This document shows positions 13,456-27,269 of a DNA stretch of 64,000 nucleotides, piece by piece. Below the pieces are notes generated by a model. That model was not told the DNA's origin, did not search any database, and worked only from the letters and a program-made list of their open reading frames with translations. Position numbers and translations under genes: made by a program. Source of the DNA: Dicyema japonicum (Eukaryota > Animalia > Dicyemida); the NCBI GenBank assembly GCA_011109175.1, contig RDEW01000052.1, forward strand, positions 1-64,000. Reading direction: 5' to 3'. How positions within the stretch are numbered: the first letter of the stretch is position 1; the number at the start of each line of letters is the position of its first letter.

Positions 13456-13955
13456 CTCGTGCAAAAGGAGTGCGGGCAGAGCACCCCGCCATGCTGCTAT
13501 GAACAACATTGTCATGCGAGCTCTTGAAGCGGCAGGTTTCCCGTCAGTACTGGAGCCTGTGGAATTGGAGCGATGGGAAAAGACCGGATGGGTTAACTAT
13601 CTTTCCGTTAACTGAGGTAAAATCGCTCGTATGGGACTGCACTGTTGTGGATTCTTTATCGAACACGATGATACTCAGCTCGGCGCAGTCTGCGATTCTG
13701 CACCCGATCTGGCTGAAAAAATCAAGATTAAAAAATATGGCGAAATTGGAGACCGCTACTGTTTTGTACCGGTAGAAATCGAGGCGTCTGGTGAGGCCGT
13801 AAGTATATCAGCCTCTTTCTTAAAGGAAATCGGTGGAAAATTGGCCACCGCAAGAAAGAAGTTCGGGAAGCTGTCTGGCAGAGGCTACGAGTTGGTATCG
13901 CAGTTGTCCGCGGAAACGCTTACTCCGTGATGTCAGCAGCCGCTCTCCCCCATAG
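13456..13955 (+). mobile_element. CRE-clade non-LTR retrotransposon, 3' fragment
   Basis: Close paralogue of 5665-5895; [27 protein letters not shown]....FVPVEIE.SG, IAVVRGNA. Confidence 0.85.
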
Positions 13956-14924
13956 TTAATAAATAACATTCCATAGTTAATAAATTTTTCACATTTGAAA
14001 AAAAAATATTAAAAAGAAAAATTATTTTTTAAAACTTAACATTAAGACCGATATCTTTTTATCTAAAATTCAACATATACATAAATTTGCAAAATACATT
14101 GACACGTGAATTAGATAATATAGAGAGTATATCAGAATACTTATCAAGCTTCTATGGTGGGAAGTTCTGAAAACTTTCGCGATTTGACCTTAATTAAATA
14201 CACTTTAAATTTAACTTGACCTCCAGTAGAATAATATGTAATAAAAATTAAATAAAATTTTATAATTCTTAGTTTTTAATCAATTTTTGTTTAATTTACG
14301 TATATAAGAAAATGAGTAACACTCTAGAAAAAATTGGTGACATTAAAAAAATCTTCATGGAAGAACGATGATATTATACAAAGAAAATAATTGGAAATCC
14401 GGCAATGCATATATTAAAGAAATTATGGTCAAATCAAAGTGATTGACATTCAGAATACATTGATATGCTATTCCCGAAAAAAACAGATACGCTATAATCT
14501 ACTCACAGGAACTGACTGAGGAAAAAAAGTATGACTCACATGGATTTTAAGAAACGTGGTTGTTGCTAGACAATGAATAGGGAAATAATATAGCCAAACA
14601 TGAAATTGGAATGAATTTTTTCTTAACATAGCCATGGATAGATAATTTCTGTCAATGAAGGCCGTATCGTAAGTCTAAATAAAAGGCATTTAATCTATCT
14701 TTTAAATGAGGTTCATTTAGTGCCTACTGTTGAATTCGTGATTTTTACACGTTCTTTAGTCATGCACACTAAGCCCATCAAACAAGGTTTTATTCATCTT
14801 AAATAGGATGCGCTAGTTACTCCACCGAACTCGATCAATGATCCATGTATAAAGTAAGTAATGTTCGCACTCATTAGAGACAAACATGCACGTACAAAAA
14901 TTCAAATATTTAATGTATTAGCTT

Positions 14925-16300
14925 TTTTTTAAACAAAATAATTTTTTAACAATTAAACAATGTCAGTCGAGGAAGCCTGCTGCGTGGACTGCGAACGAGT
15001 TCCCTCGGAGTATGGCCATTCCAATCTTTTGTCTTAGCCACATCCCTTCTCGTTGATCCCTTTTCTTTCTGGCAAGCAATCCTCCGAGTTCTCGCAAAAC
15101 TCAGCTGTCATTGGACCAACGGCTCCCGATGATTCGGTCGCAACAGGAGTAAATCGGTAGCGATCCACGAGGCAAGAATATTTCTTGATTTTTAGGTTTT
15201 CCGCAGTCGAAGCAGCTGCTCCAGGTGTCTGAATTGATTTGAAAATATTCGTGCTTGAGAACTTGTCTACACAAGTTGCGTCCCAGATCAAAGATCTTCC
15301 AGACGTTAAGGGGAAAAGGGTCATCCCGTCAGGTCTCTTTCCATCCTATCGATCAAGACCCACTGGTTAAAGCTGTGTGGGGAAGCCTGTAGCCTTCAGA
15401 GCTCTGAAGATCATATCGTTCAGAGCAGCATGACGTGGTCCCCTACCGGCAATTCTTCTGCAGGACAGCGGTGCAATCTTTCGCAACGACTGTTTTCCCG
15501 CATCGGCATCGGTGCTCTTGGTAAACGTCTAGTCCCAGCCTTTGTCCGATTCCAATCCTTAAAGAATAGACGTCCAAAAAGGTCACGAGGTTTGGGCAAG
15601 GTATTGCACCAAGCAATGCTCTACTCTCTCCACTGAAGCTGGCACCAAACAAGCCAGACGATGTTGATTTGTTTCTTTTTTAAAGTCTTCCAAAATTTTG
15701 GAGCAGACAATGTTATTCCAATTACTTTGCATTGTTGTGTCTTCGGGGATTTAAGTCCGGACCCGTTCCATTTCCGACAATCTTGTCAAATGACTCATTC
15801 CAGCGAAGTCCAATAGTGTTATGAAGGACTTGCCGTGTCAATATAATTTATCAACTGGCACAGTCGGGATCAGTTCTTTAAAAGACTCCTTGATAGAGAG
15901 GAAGTCGTTGTACTAATATGAGACATTTATTAGCTCTGATTTGTTAACATTGATGTCCAAGCCCACTTTTTTAAAGCGGGTAACGCTTTACTTAATGAAT
16001 TGTATGTTTCCTTGAATGATCCTCCAATTGTGGCATCATCGAGGTACCAGAGATTTAGCTGAGCATCAATTGATCTCTCAACATTATCAATGGTCAGGGC
16101 AAATAAGAGAGGTCCGTGAGAATCTCCTTGTTGGACCCCCGTTTTTGATTTAATAATTTCATTTTCAAAAACCAGAGACGCATCGTCCCCATAGTATAAT
16201 TTGACAAAGGGAACAGCTGTGGGCCCTCTTCCAACACGTTTCCATAGTTTTATCTTTTCTGAGAGAATTGAATGCATTCGTTATGTCCAACAAATATTTA
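14925..16300 (-). mobile_element. CRE-clade non-LTR retrotransposon, RT plus RLE, internally deleted
   Basis: GVQQGDSHGPLLFALTID, WYLDDATIGG (ORF 15930-16277); RPDGMTLFP..GRSLIWDATCVD, KKYS....FTPVATESSG, GMAILRGNS; AT-rich 3' end shared with 7330-7375. Confidence 0.85.
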
Positions 16301-16699
16301 CCTCAGATTGAGCAAGACAGTAGTTTTAAATATCCGCAAGTCATATATTTTGATCCTTTACTTATGAAGTTGTTTTAATCATTATAAGACAAGACCACAA
16401 GGACCTTTAATTTCATTAGTAAGATATCTTAACTCTCCGCTATGCCTTAGTACATTTAGACTATAGATTTCGGGAGGGGGGGGGGGTTATTCCCTATAGA
16501 GATTTCCATCAAGAATGTCTGTTTGAGTGTCAGTTCTGGTAAAAGTCTTACTGTTTATTAATATTATTATTATTAACTCCAAGCTTACCTTTGTATGCTC
16601 AGCACAAACAGTCAAAACTAACTAATCCAAGAAAAGAACCGAGGGATAAATTTGACATTTTTGTTATAATGGAAACCAACCTTATTTGAATTATCTCTC

Positions 16700-17520
16700 A
16701 AAGATGAAATTCATTTAAGGGTAAAATTTAAAATTGTTGTTTTTTTTACAGGAATTCTTATCGGCTTTACAAGAGCGATTTTACAGAGAAACCCACCTTC
16801 TACATCCATAAGGACGAAAATTTGAGCAAGTAGAGAAAAATGCTTTTTCTCATATATGGTGTTAAGTCTCTAAGTTTAGGAGTTTCAATGTTTCTTTAAT
16901 CTTCAATTACCCTTTGGACAGATAACCAGAGCAGATCTTTGGTTTCTCTAAGATGAAAAGAAGATCAAAAAGAAGATCGATATTGGTTTTTTAAAAAAGG
17001 ATAAATCTCTACATGACGTATGTAAGATAACTATGAGATGATTGGGATAGGGTTCCGATTGATAATCGGTGTATCTGTGTTAAAATCACGAGAGCAAAGG
17101 AACTCAAATTTTTAGAATTATTATAGGTATTCTGTCTATTAGCTTTACGAAGTTGGAAAACGTTATTAAAAGTCAACCTTCTCTTGGGGATCCGAAATTG
17201 TTCAAATTTAAATTATGCCCATTAACGAAAATATTTTTAAGTTTAGGGTGTAGCATTCAATGGGATGAAAATTTGATTGTAGTCACTCCAAAACTGTAGA
17301 GTGCTAACACTTCATTCTCAGGACGTGTTGCAACATCGTTAAGTCAATGTGATGTTCTCCAATTTTTCAGTTATGAGATAATTAGATCGCAGGGTTTTTC
17401 TTATTAAATTTCCTCTAGTGTCGGCTTTTTCCTTCTTTAAACACACTGGGTGGTCAGCTTTCATATTCCAGTAAGCAACAAGTGTTCACAGTTCTAAAAA
17501 TCCTCAAGAGAGAGCTTAAA
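16700..17520 (-). pseudogene. Decayed L-protein EVE fragment (GHP to pre-motif A region)
   Basis: LTGI*KL-[frameshift]-HPV (~17450), FWSDY/IKFSSH* (~17290-17258), FEF...D...DTPI (~17075), LVICPK-[frameshift]-LKIK (~16915), PYMRK. HP-to-PK distance is about 178 codons, close to the ~170 aa recalled for GHP-to-KERELK in rhabdoviral L. Confidence 0.5.
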
Positions 17521-19509
17521 ATTGTTCTAACAAGCCGGTAGGGGGTTATAAAAAAAAGTTATAAAAATATATAAAATAATTTGATATAAAATAAATATAA
17601 AATTAAATTTAAAAATAAATATTTTATTTTATATGTGTCATTATAGAAGTGACTATGAATGAATTACATGTCGTAATGAAATTAGATTATTAAGAAATGC
17701 CTTTATATTATTCAGATTACAAAACTATGTTTGGATTATTATTATTTTATTTGTAGATATTCCAGTTAAAGATAGAAATACTTTTGACTCTCAAGATATT
17801 ACTTAATAAGACGAATCTGCATAATTTTCTATTCGTCGAGTCTAACTTTGACAAAGAGTGGCTTACTAGTCTTCTTCGGCCTTATTAACGAGATAATTTT
17901 TTTAACTGAAGAGCTCTATCAACATGTCGATTTTATCATCAATTAAACGATGAAGTACAAACTTATGTGTTTTGATTTATAGAACCTCACAGTTGTTTGA
18001 CCTTCTTGGTTATGATTGGTTTAACTCAATAATTATGCTTATCTCAAACAGGGGGTGACATTATTGTACATAAAATTATACCCACTAAAGTCAAAAATAA
18101 GAATAAAAAGACATTTTCTTATTTCAAGACTGGCAACAGAAAAGGCAGGACAGAGCGGAGATTACAATATACTATCAAATAGATTATGTATTATATGATG
18201 CACTTAAAAAATTGCTGGTGACTCACGCTCATATGGAGGAGCTGTAACAAATTGTGATCACAAGATAGCGGGTACTCGGATATGCACACGAACTATATTA
18301 TTAACATTACCCAGAACAGTCCAGCAAACAATAAATATCGAAGCCTGCCTACAGAGGAACTTAAAACAACAACGTGAAATTGGGAAAATTTTAAATAATA
18401 TCGAAACACATACATCACTACTAAATATAGAAGAAAAGCCACAAGTTCTTATGGAAATGTTGAATGAGGTTGTTAAACAGTCCGCGACGGATACCATTGG
18501 CTACAGAGTAACCGCTCGAACAAGTACTACGCACATTGTGATTCAAAACTAAAGAAAATGTCAGAGCCCCAAAGAACATTCGTCTAGAGAATTGGAAATT
18601 GCTTTCTGAACACTAAAAGAGAACCAAGATTAATGAAACAGAATTCTTCATGAAATAAAGTCTGGGCATGGCTAGTATAAACGAAATTCTCAGACAAGAA
18701 GCTTACCGAAATTTAAGAGCTCTCACCTGAAAGTCAACTGACATGGTTGTGCAGTTGCTTAATCGGGGTATCCTAAATTCCAAAATATAGATATGGATGA
18801 ATTGAAACACTTAATATTGGATGACGGGGACAAAGATTCTCCAATGGTTGCCAAACAATTCCAAACAGATGATACCTATACACCTACATTTATTGGGCAT
18901 CCGCGTTTTTTGTCAAAAGAAATGACACATTCGGAGGTCCTAGAAGCATTCTACAATATGAACAACAACAGAGTTGCAGGATTTGAAGAAGTCCCAGGGA
19001 ATTTACTCAAATATGCTCCTATTAGTCTATTGAGCTTTTTAACACAAATACTGAACAAATTTTTGCATTACACAGTCCGCTTTCAATCGGGTCCAGAATA
19101 TATTATTACACGTTCATTTGAAGGGTACCCTTCGGAAGCTTAAGACCTATTGTGCTAGTCACCACTCTAAGGAAAACACATCGACTATTGTACGTATATC
19201 AATATCGGACATCGAATCTCTATTGCGGTCAGAGTGGTTTCAGGCCTGGAAGAGCCACGGCTGATGTTGTCTGGAGCCATCTATGGATCATCGCAATATG
19301 TCAGAAAGACAAACGATCATTTCTTATCCTGGTAATCGAACATGTGGTATTTTCTGAAACTGAACTACTGTTCAGAGTTGGCTCCTAACCAGTGAGATTA
19401 TTTTTCTACCAATGTTGGAACCCTACAAAAGAATCTCTATCACTGATTATGTATCATCTACCTTGAGGCAGCTTTGAGAGATCTAAGAAAACAAATTGGA
19501 CGTCTAGAC

Positions 19510-21810
19510 CAGAGGTTCTCAACCTGGGGTCGATTCGACCCCCAGGGGTCTAAAATCAATCCAAATCAATCGTAAGGGGGTGAAAAATGAAATATTTGAG
19601 GGTCGAAAATAAATTTAATAAATTTAATCTTTTTCAATTTAAATTAAGTTAGTTTATTTTTAAAGTGGTAAACCTTTGTTCTTTAAAATTTTTAAAATTA
19701 CAATGCTTGTTTTTGTTGTGTATGAGTCGTTCTTCTACATTAAAAATTCGTCAATATAAAAATGAATATTTGGCATTTGGATTTATAAAAAATTATTTTG
19801 ATAATAGACCATATTGCTTACTGTGTAACAAGTCATTATCAAATGATGCAATGAAACCGTCAAAATTGTTGGATCATCTTAGGAGAATACATTCGGATAA
19901 AAAAGATAGACCATTAGAGTATTTTGAAGAATTAAAGGATTCTTTTTGTAAACAAAAAACGATTGACACTGTTTTTACAAATAGTAGTGAAAGAAACAAT
20001 AGTTGTTGTTATTTTAAATTATATTTAGGAAGACTAATTGCATCCTATAAAATTGCAATGATTATTGCCAAAAATGAGAGTTCCCATGTTTCTGGTGATA
20101 ATCTCATCAAACCATCTATATCAGTGATTCTATCAGATCTGATGGGTTTAAATCCCGACGAAATTTTAAAATCCGTACCAATTAGCAATGATTCAATTCG
20201 CCGCAGGATTGACGAAATGTCAGATAATGTTGAACATATTTTATGTGAAAGGCTTAAAAATACTATTTTTTCGCTTCAAATTGACGAAAGTCATATATGT
20301 GACAACCAACCAATTCTAATAGGATATGTCGGGTTAATCTTATTAGAAGCTTACTTTAAGATATTTTGACGATTATGCTCTTCTTACAGAAGATTTATTA
20401 TTCGTCAATTATTTGGAAACTGATACGACTGGATTTTCTATTTTTTCCTTAGTCAAATTATTTTTGGATGACAAGAAGATTCCATATGAAAATTTGGTTT
20501 CTTGTGCCACAGATGGTGCAATGTCTATGGTTGGAAAATATAAAGGATTTGCGGCATATTTGACAAAAATATGTCCAAATGTGATTCATATACATTGCGT
20601 CCTACATATACAACATTTGGTTTCAAAAGCTCTTTCGCCAATTCTACATGAAACGTTAAATATAGTTATTAAAACCATAAACAAAATTAAAACAAACAGC
20701 AAGTATGACTGTCTTTTTAAAAAATTTTGCTATGAGGCTAAAGAAACATATGTCCGTCTTGTGCTTCACACTGAGGTTATAGTTTCCAATTTTATTTTAT
20801 AGGTACGATGGTTATCAAAGGGAAATGCCTTAGAACGATTTTCAATATTATTTGACACAATCGTAAAATTTTCTTACTTCTGAGGGTGAAAAAATTTAGC
20901 AGATTTAATTGTATCGAAAAAGAAATTGTTTATTTGACTTGGATTTTTGGAAAATTTAATGAAGTTTTATTAGAACTTCAGGGAAAGTATGTGACGTTAA
21001 TAGATTGTAAAAGAATTATTCAAATATTTATCGAAAAAATTAAGTTATATAAATATAACTTGGAAAAAAAAATTATTATAACATTCCCGAGTTCCACTCA
21101 ATTGGTCAAACATTTGATGATGAAGATATTAACAACTTTTTGCAACATTTATTAAGCATAGAAAAAGATTTGATTCTTCGATTCCAAGATATTCTTGAAT
21201 TAGAAATTCCATCTTTGATGATTAATCCGTTTTTGTCAAAGCCAGAAGAACAAAAAGAAAATATTCAAGAGGAATGAGTTATGTTAAAATTTAATCCAGA
21301 ATTAAAACTATATTATAATGCTTCACAATCACCTGTTATTTTTTGGCAAAATATGAAAGTGAAGGAGTTGTCCAAAATTGTGGACAGAAATAGTACAATT
21401 GCTACTCTATTTTCAGACATCATACTGTGTTGAATGCGGATTTAGCATTCTACATCAAATTGTAAATAAAGAACGAAACAGATTGGATGTGTCCATTAGA
21501 GGAGATTTTCGTTTGAAAATAACACAAATAGAGCCAGATATCAAATCTTTGGTCAAAAAACATCAGTCACAGGGGTCCCATTGGTATTTAATTTTTTTAT
21601 TATAGATTTATACTCAGATACTAACTTAACATCGAGTATATATTTTTTTTTTTGTTTGATTATTAACAATGAATTCATTTTAGATAGTTAACTAATTTTA
21701 CTTAGAATTGTCTGTTCTAAATAATAAAGTTTTAAGCAGTCGAGTAAATATTAGGGGGGTCGAAAAAAAAGTCAAGGGGTCGACGAGTAAAAAAAGGTTG
21801 AGAACCCCTG
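19510..21810 (+). mobile_element. Complete hAT DNA transposon, Buster/Charlie family (2301 bp)
   Basis: 16-bp TIRs CAGAGGTTCTCAACCT / AGGTTGAGAACCCCTG (1 mismatch); perfect 8-bp TSD GTCTAGAC at 19502-19509 and 21811-21818, fitting the NTCTAGAN preference of Charlie/Buster elements. Confidence 0.95.
19722..21606 (+). pseudogene. Buster-type hAT transposase with four micro-introns; inactivated
   Basis: BED finger (CLLC..MKPSKL..HL..H), SLQIDES, CATDGA, HC..H, HTE|VRWLSKG, TSYCVECGFS, terminal HQSQGSH. Introns at 20002-20028, 20333-20360, 20776-20802 and 21584-21605. Frameshifts near 20870 and 21100 and an in-frame TGA near 21276. Confidence 0.85.
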
Positions 21811-23939
21811 GTCTAGACAATCACTTTATGGAAGTCATATACGCAGATGTTGTCGAATTAGTCGCAGAAAATCAGCAATTTATAGACGTTTTTATGGAGA
21901 AAGCAAAAACAATTTTCTCTCAAAGTCACTGAAGATCAAACTGAAAATCACTGGAATAAAACTGAAATAACCAGGATGTAGAAAAATGGAGGAAAACCCG
22001 AAACTCGTAATTTTACTTGAGGATTGAGAATATATCACACGATGAAAGATATTGGCCACAATAGCACTTAAAAATTACAATTTATTTTAATGAGAAAAAA
22101 TAAAATTCCTGCTAAAATGCGATTACGCTTATATCATGGATTTGTCTGACCAGTCCTCATGTACATCGCAGGTACCTGGCGAACATCAAAGAAAGATTTG
22201 GAACAACTCGACTCATTTCACAGAGGACAACTAAGAAAACTCCTAAAACCTCAAATAATAAATTATACAGACTGACTGTTCGTGGATATAGGTCTGAATG
22301 TACTTGAAGCCGAATGTACTTTGGATATATTCTAGGAATGTAGGTAGAAGCACCCTGCAATGCAGCCATGGAATAAGGTTTTCGGCTATACTAAATTTTC
22401 TACATTCAGAGGACTTTCAAGCGGTAATCTTCCCAGGACAATTGCGGAAAATTATGCTGTGATCGAGGCAGAATGATGGATGCAAAGGATCTGGAAGAAA
22501 TCAGATGGCGAGCAAGACGAGGAACGGGATGGAGAAAGCTAACGACAAGAATTGTCGAAAACATGACATAAGCGAAACCCTTAACACTGTTTAATGGCAA
22601 CGCTGATGTGCATAACTACTCAATGATGAACTTGACTGAAAAAGATTTTATATATAAAATCAGCAAAAGAAACAGCATTTCATTAATTATCGCTAAAACC
22701 ATTATAATAATGAAAAATAGGTTACTTTAGAATAATTATGCCATTTTCGGGTGAAATCATAAATCTTAACCTTTTTAATCCTAATCAGACATTGCAGTAG
22801 ATTCATGGGTTTCATTAGTCAGCTGCAAGAATTGCGGTAGATCCTAATGGGTAAATCAGTAGATTTATGTTCCTGATTGAATTTCCATTAAATGACCCCA
22901 CCTTTTCCTAAAGTAACTTATCTAAGTGCTATTTAGAAACATCATGCATATTATTAAAACATAAATTTGAATGTTTGTCAGTTGCCTCAGACAAATGCAT
23001 ATTGGAGTCAGGGAATCCATCTACATAGGAGACATGAAGGATTTCGATGGGAGGTGGTCTTTCTCTTACATAATTTGTTCATGACCCACTTTTTTATGTT
23101 GACCTATAAATAACCAGAAGTAAAAAATTACTGTAATAATCAATTCCTCATTCTTTTTTGATTATTCTGAACAGTAAAATTTAATGTCATCATTTAAAGA
23201 TTGAAACTTTTGTGAGTCTCAAAAATGTTGAATCGAATTTAGACTTAAAACCTCTTGGAAATTCGAAAGCCAAAATTTCTATATTGAAAAAATCGAATTA
23301 ATTTTCTATGTAATGATGTCAAGAGAACTGGTAAATAAGCAAGAACTCTGTCTTTGTCCAAGAGACTGAGTTGACATGCTACACTCAAAAGCCAAGACGT
23401 TTTTAAAAATAACTGTCATCGAGATATTTGTATTTCTTCACTCTTTAGAGTCTGAGAGTTGCTATCCATACATTTGGCGTCCAAGGCGAGGTATCTACCA
23501 CTTTCCAATAGAAAGAGAGTTGTCTCGTCAGGTATTTTGTTGCCTTGGGCCAATTCGAGAACCTCCAACTGAAAAGGAAATCATGCCGCTTCTAGTCTCA
23601 ACGCAATAACTTTTTAATTGCACTGTATCTTGTACTTTTTCCAGCACTTCTCCGATAGGAGTGAACGTAAATATTTTTAAAAGGAGCTCAGTGTAGGAAA
23701 GTAGAATTCGGATCATCATTAGACTCAATTCATCAAACAATCCGTTCAATACCCCATAAACTTGTTCCTGTTAACCATATCAAAAACTCTTGATAAGTCA
23801 ATCCTCAGAATATTAGTGTCGTTAAGGTACATTTGATGTGTTGCAAATTTTAGAGCGGTCCTCTGGTTTTGTTGATTTTTTGAATGGGGATTAGTAGTCC
23901 CGTACCCAGATATAGAGTGCAGTTGGCAGAAAATATTCC

Positions 23940-24200
23940 ATTTAGTAGTATTGCAATTTTGTCATACAGGCAGTGAAGTCCGTATTTTAGTAGTTCGGAA
24001 TCTATTTTGCCTGGTCCAGGACTTCTGTTTGAGTTCCTATCTCCAGAGTTTTTGGCAGGCCGTTTTGACTTCCTATCTCCAGGGGTCTTAGCCTTCTATC
24101 AAATGGGTGGATTGGTGGATTGTTGTTGAAAAGCTTCTCAAAGTGAGCCGCGATAACTTTAGTTTGTTATTTGGTGTTCAGTATCAGCTTACCGTTCTCG
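23940..24200 (-). mobile_element. RTE-clade RT N-terminal fragment
   Basis: AAHFEKLFN ... NRSPGPG.I..ELLKYG. Confidence 0.5.
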
Positions 24201-24364
24201 TCTTTTATGGTTAGTCGATTTCGGTTTGTTCGCCGCAGCAAACGGGCAGCGACGTAAACCTGTGCGTTGTCTTCAGTCTCCAATAGTTCTTCAAACACTC
24301 CTTGAGTATTCTGCTAGTAACCAAACTACTTTCCAGATGTGCCTTCTGCATTATAAAATAATAT

Positions 24365-24720
24365 TAATTATTATTAGCACTTATCGCTATGTCATAGGAC
24401 TTGACAAAGCATGTGCAACACGAGTTAGCAAGTTACTGGTTAGTTTCATCCACTTTCTCCGATTCAAAGCCGCAGTGCGTAACCAGTCAAGATCCTCTAT
24501 ACTTCTAAGATGCCGTCCCATTTCTTTGAGGTCCTTGTCGAGAACGACTGCCAGTGTCGTCCTTGGGCGACCACGGAAACGGGGGGTCTCCAACATGAAG
24601 TAGTCATCCATGGCTACGTTCGCGGGGGCATCTAGGTCCAGTCGCAAAATATGGCCGAAAAGCCTTTATCGTGTATCCAGAATCGCATTAGAAATTTCTG
24701 AGGTTTTCGTCCTCTTATAA
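24365..24720 (-). mobile_element. RTE-clade LINE 3' end with (TAA)n-like tail
   Basis: FGHILRLDLDAPAN.AM..YF....FRGRPRTTL..VL..DL...W (ORF 24387-24647), followed by taataataattaata on the minus strand. Confidence 0.75.
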
Positions 24721-24804
24721 AAAAATTTATTTGTTAACTAAAAATTAAAAAAAATTATTTTAAAAATAAAAATAAAACTTTAATTATATTTAGGTTAAGA
24801 GAAC

Positions 24805-26061
24805 ATGAATAATCATTTTATGTATTATTTATTGTCAGAAAAATCGTGATGATGAATTCTGAATGGAAGCTAAGATTTGTCGGAGAAATTATTCATCGTA
24901 AGAATTTTTATTAAATCATCATATTTAGCAACAAAATATACCATCGCTCATTGGAATGCCAAGATGAATTCAGCAATGAACATTGTACGCATACAGGGAT
25001 TTGATTTATTTGAATTAACGTTTGAACTCATCCCTAAAATTTATGAAGATTTTTATGAAATTGAATTATATGCTGAAATAATCGTACGTAAGACTCTTAA
25101 ACGTTACACTAAAGTCACAATGATTCCTAAAACCAAATCTACTGATTACTACAGATGCGGATTCACACAAATTGGTTTTCACAATAATTTTACTATAAAA
25201 ATTTATTCAATGAAGTTACAATACATTCAGAATGATTCATTAGAATATTATAGTGGACGAGGTTTTAATTAAAGTATATTTAGCAAATGACTGCAATCCA
25301 AACAATGACCCAGAAAAACCGATCTGGTATTTAGTCAGATATCATTATCTCCGAGCAGTAATAAGTGGAATTTTCAAAATATCATATATTGATGATAACT
25401 ATGATGTAGACTTGAGGCATCACTCTTAGAAGAAATACGAGTTATTCACTGAAGATGCATGTATTGATCCATATAACGTGAGCGATAATATTTTCGGATT
25501 TAAATTGATTGGTAAGCATTCTACAATAATTATTTCCGCATCCAAATATAACGAAAAATATAATATTGATGTGCTTTCTATTTGGCTTGAATATAAAAAA
25601 TATTATTTTAAATTAAATAATAAATTTAAAATAATTAAAAATGAAAGTTACTATCAATGTGGATTTATCCAACAAAACTATAAAAATGTGTCCATTGAAA
25701 TTTCATCTCTTAAAATACAACTTTTCCGCAATGATTTTAATTTTGAATTTATTGGAGACGGTAAATAAGCTAGACTGAATTTTAGGTGAAGGATGCTTTG
25801 AGGAACAATCATCTGAAAATAAAGACAAAAAAACAACGATTAAAAGTCATATAATTGGAGATGGTGAGTATACCCGACTGAATTTTAGACAAAAATGGTG
25901 ATGAAAAAAAACATTTTTTGAAAATAAGTGCGGCAAAAAACCCGAAACATATAATTATTGGAATCGTATGTGGAGTTCTCGGACTACTATTTACTGGTGT
26001 CATTGTCACTATTTATATGAAACCGAAATCACAAACTGAAACACAAGAAAACTTCCATTAG
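24805..26061 (+). CDS. LAMP-like type I membrane protein paralogue 3 (two luminal domains, about 5-6 micro-introns)
   Basis: Spliced frame is open from ~24815 to TAG 26059-26061. Domain 1: DYYRCG..KLQYIQ..DC. Domain 2: SYYQCG..KIQLFR..EGC. TM IIIGIVCGVLGLLFTGVIVTIY. Joining ATG 24805 needs one extra T in a T4 run (possible assembly indel). Confidence 0.75.
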
Positions 26062-27269
26062 TCTTTTAACAAACTAATATTAATTCCCTCTTAAATAAAA
26101 ACGTCCTGTTTACCTCTGACATTGAAAAAAATCTTGGTTCGACCATGAGACTAAATCCATGAAAATTAAGATAACTTCGCGATTTTGTATTCGTGCATAA
26201 AACTCCATTCAAAATGAGATTTTTGCTTACATGTTTTCTTTCACTATGTTATCCGACAAGAGCAGCCAAAGGATTTGTCACCTACGTCAGAAGATCACTG
26301 GGGGTTTCGAATAGAGTCCTGTTCTCATTTTTTATCATTGATTAAATATCTACTTATTATGAGAGATATTAATTTTACTGTGGAATTTCCTTTTCATAGA
26401 CAAATGACATTCTTTTAGATTATACTTCCACATTTATCTGATTCTACTTGCCAGATGATATAATTTTGTCTTGAGAGAGCAGAGCTCCCAGAAAGTATCA
26501 TATCTCTAAAAAAACCATTTCAACCACCTAAGCAGATGGTTAGAGTCAACAAAGAATTGTGCAATACTCAAACATTTTATTTACAAAAATGGAAGATGTG
26601 GTTAGGTGTGACTGCTAGGGTGTATCTGCGACAAACGGACAAGTGATTATTATTTATCGAATAGTTCTCAAAAAAATATTCTCTATAAATATTGTGAGTG
26701 AATTCATGATTGAATAAATATTATGGACACATTTGTCTTAGTTCGCAAACTCCCAGGTGGGATGTCAACGTTACTTTTTGTTGATGGTTGGAAGCTGATG
26801 TGTTGATACATACTCTCAGAAAAATTCAGCTTCAGTCACAGACCCAGGTCATGCTCCTAACAAACTGAGGATCAGAAGAGAAGGAAGTACCGAAGTATGA
26901 CGGAGGATCCAAAAATCCACGTGAGACTGGATGGCTTCGAGATCGTAACTCGATAGCTATTGCAAGAGGAAACGGCCTGGCGATTCTAGAACCTTTACTG
27001 TTTAATTTCAAAAAACCAAATTAATTTAAAAATTAACATGTCTATACCACTTTCCTTACTAAAAAATAACAGTTGGAACTTTATTCTTTATTACTGATTT
27101 TTCCCATTTGTATGAAGAACCAATAGATTTTACTTGTAATGGAAAACCAAAAAGTAATTAGGTAGACATCCTAGAAGAGTTTCTATTAGTTAACCCTCCT
27201 ATCGAGTTTACTCGCCAAGGAAGAGCAAAAAAATAGGCAACAGCCTAGAGGAGTTTCTGTTAGTTAATT

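Larger units (their letters stand above)
18100..22620 (+). mobile_element. RTE-clade LINE (APE C-terminus, RT, 3' end), degenerate, interrupted by the hAT element
   Basis: YQIDYVL..CDHK (APE), QSGFRPGRATAD, YLEAALRDL just before the hAT and EVIYAD just after it, then RTE-type 3' region to ~22620. Confidence 0.65.

Noticed and set aside
16472-16487. Poly-G run as a G-quadruplex element
   Set aside because: Isolated homopolymer with no context; length is unreliable in assemblies.
26100-27000. TSDIE and GVSN as L methyltransferase motifs
   Set aside because: Too short and common to support a call without a search.
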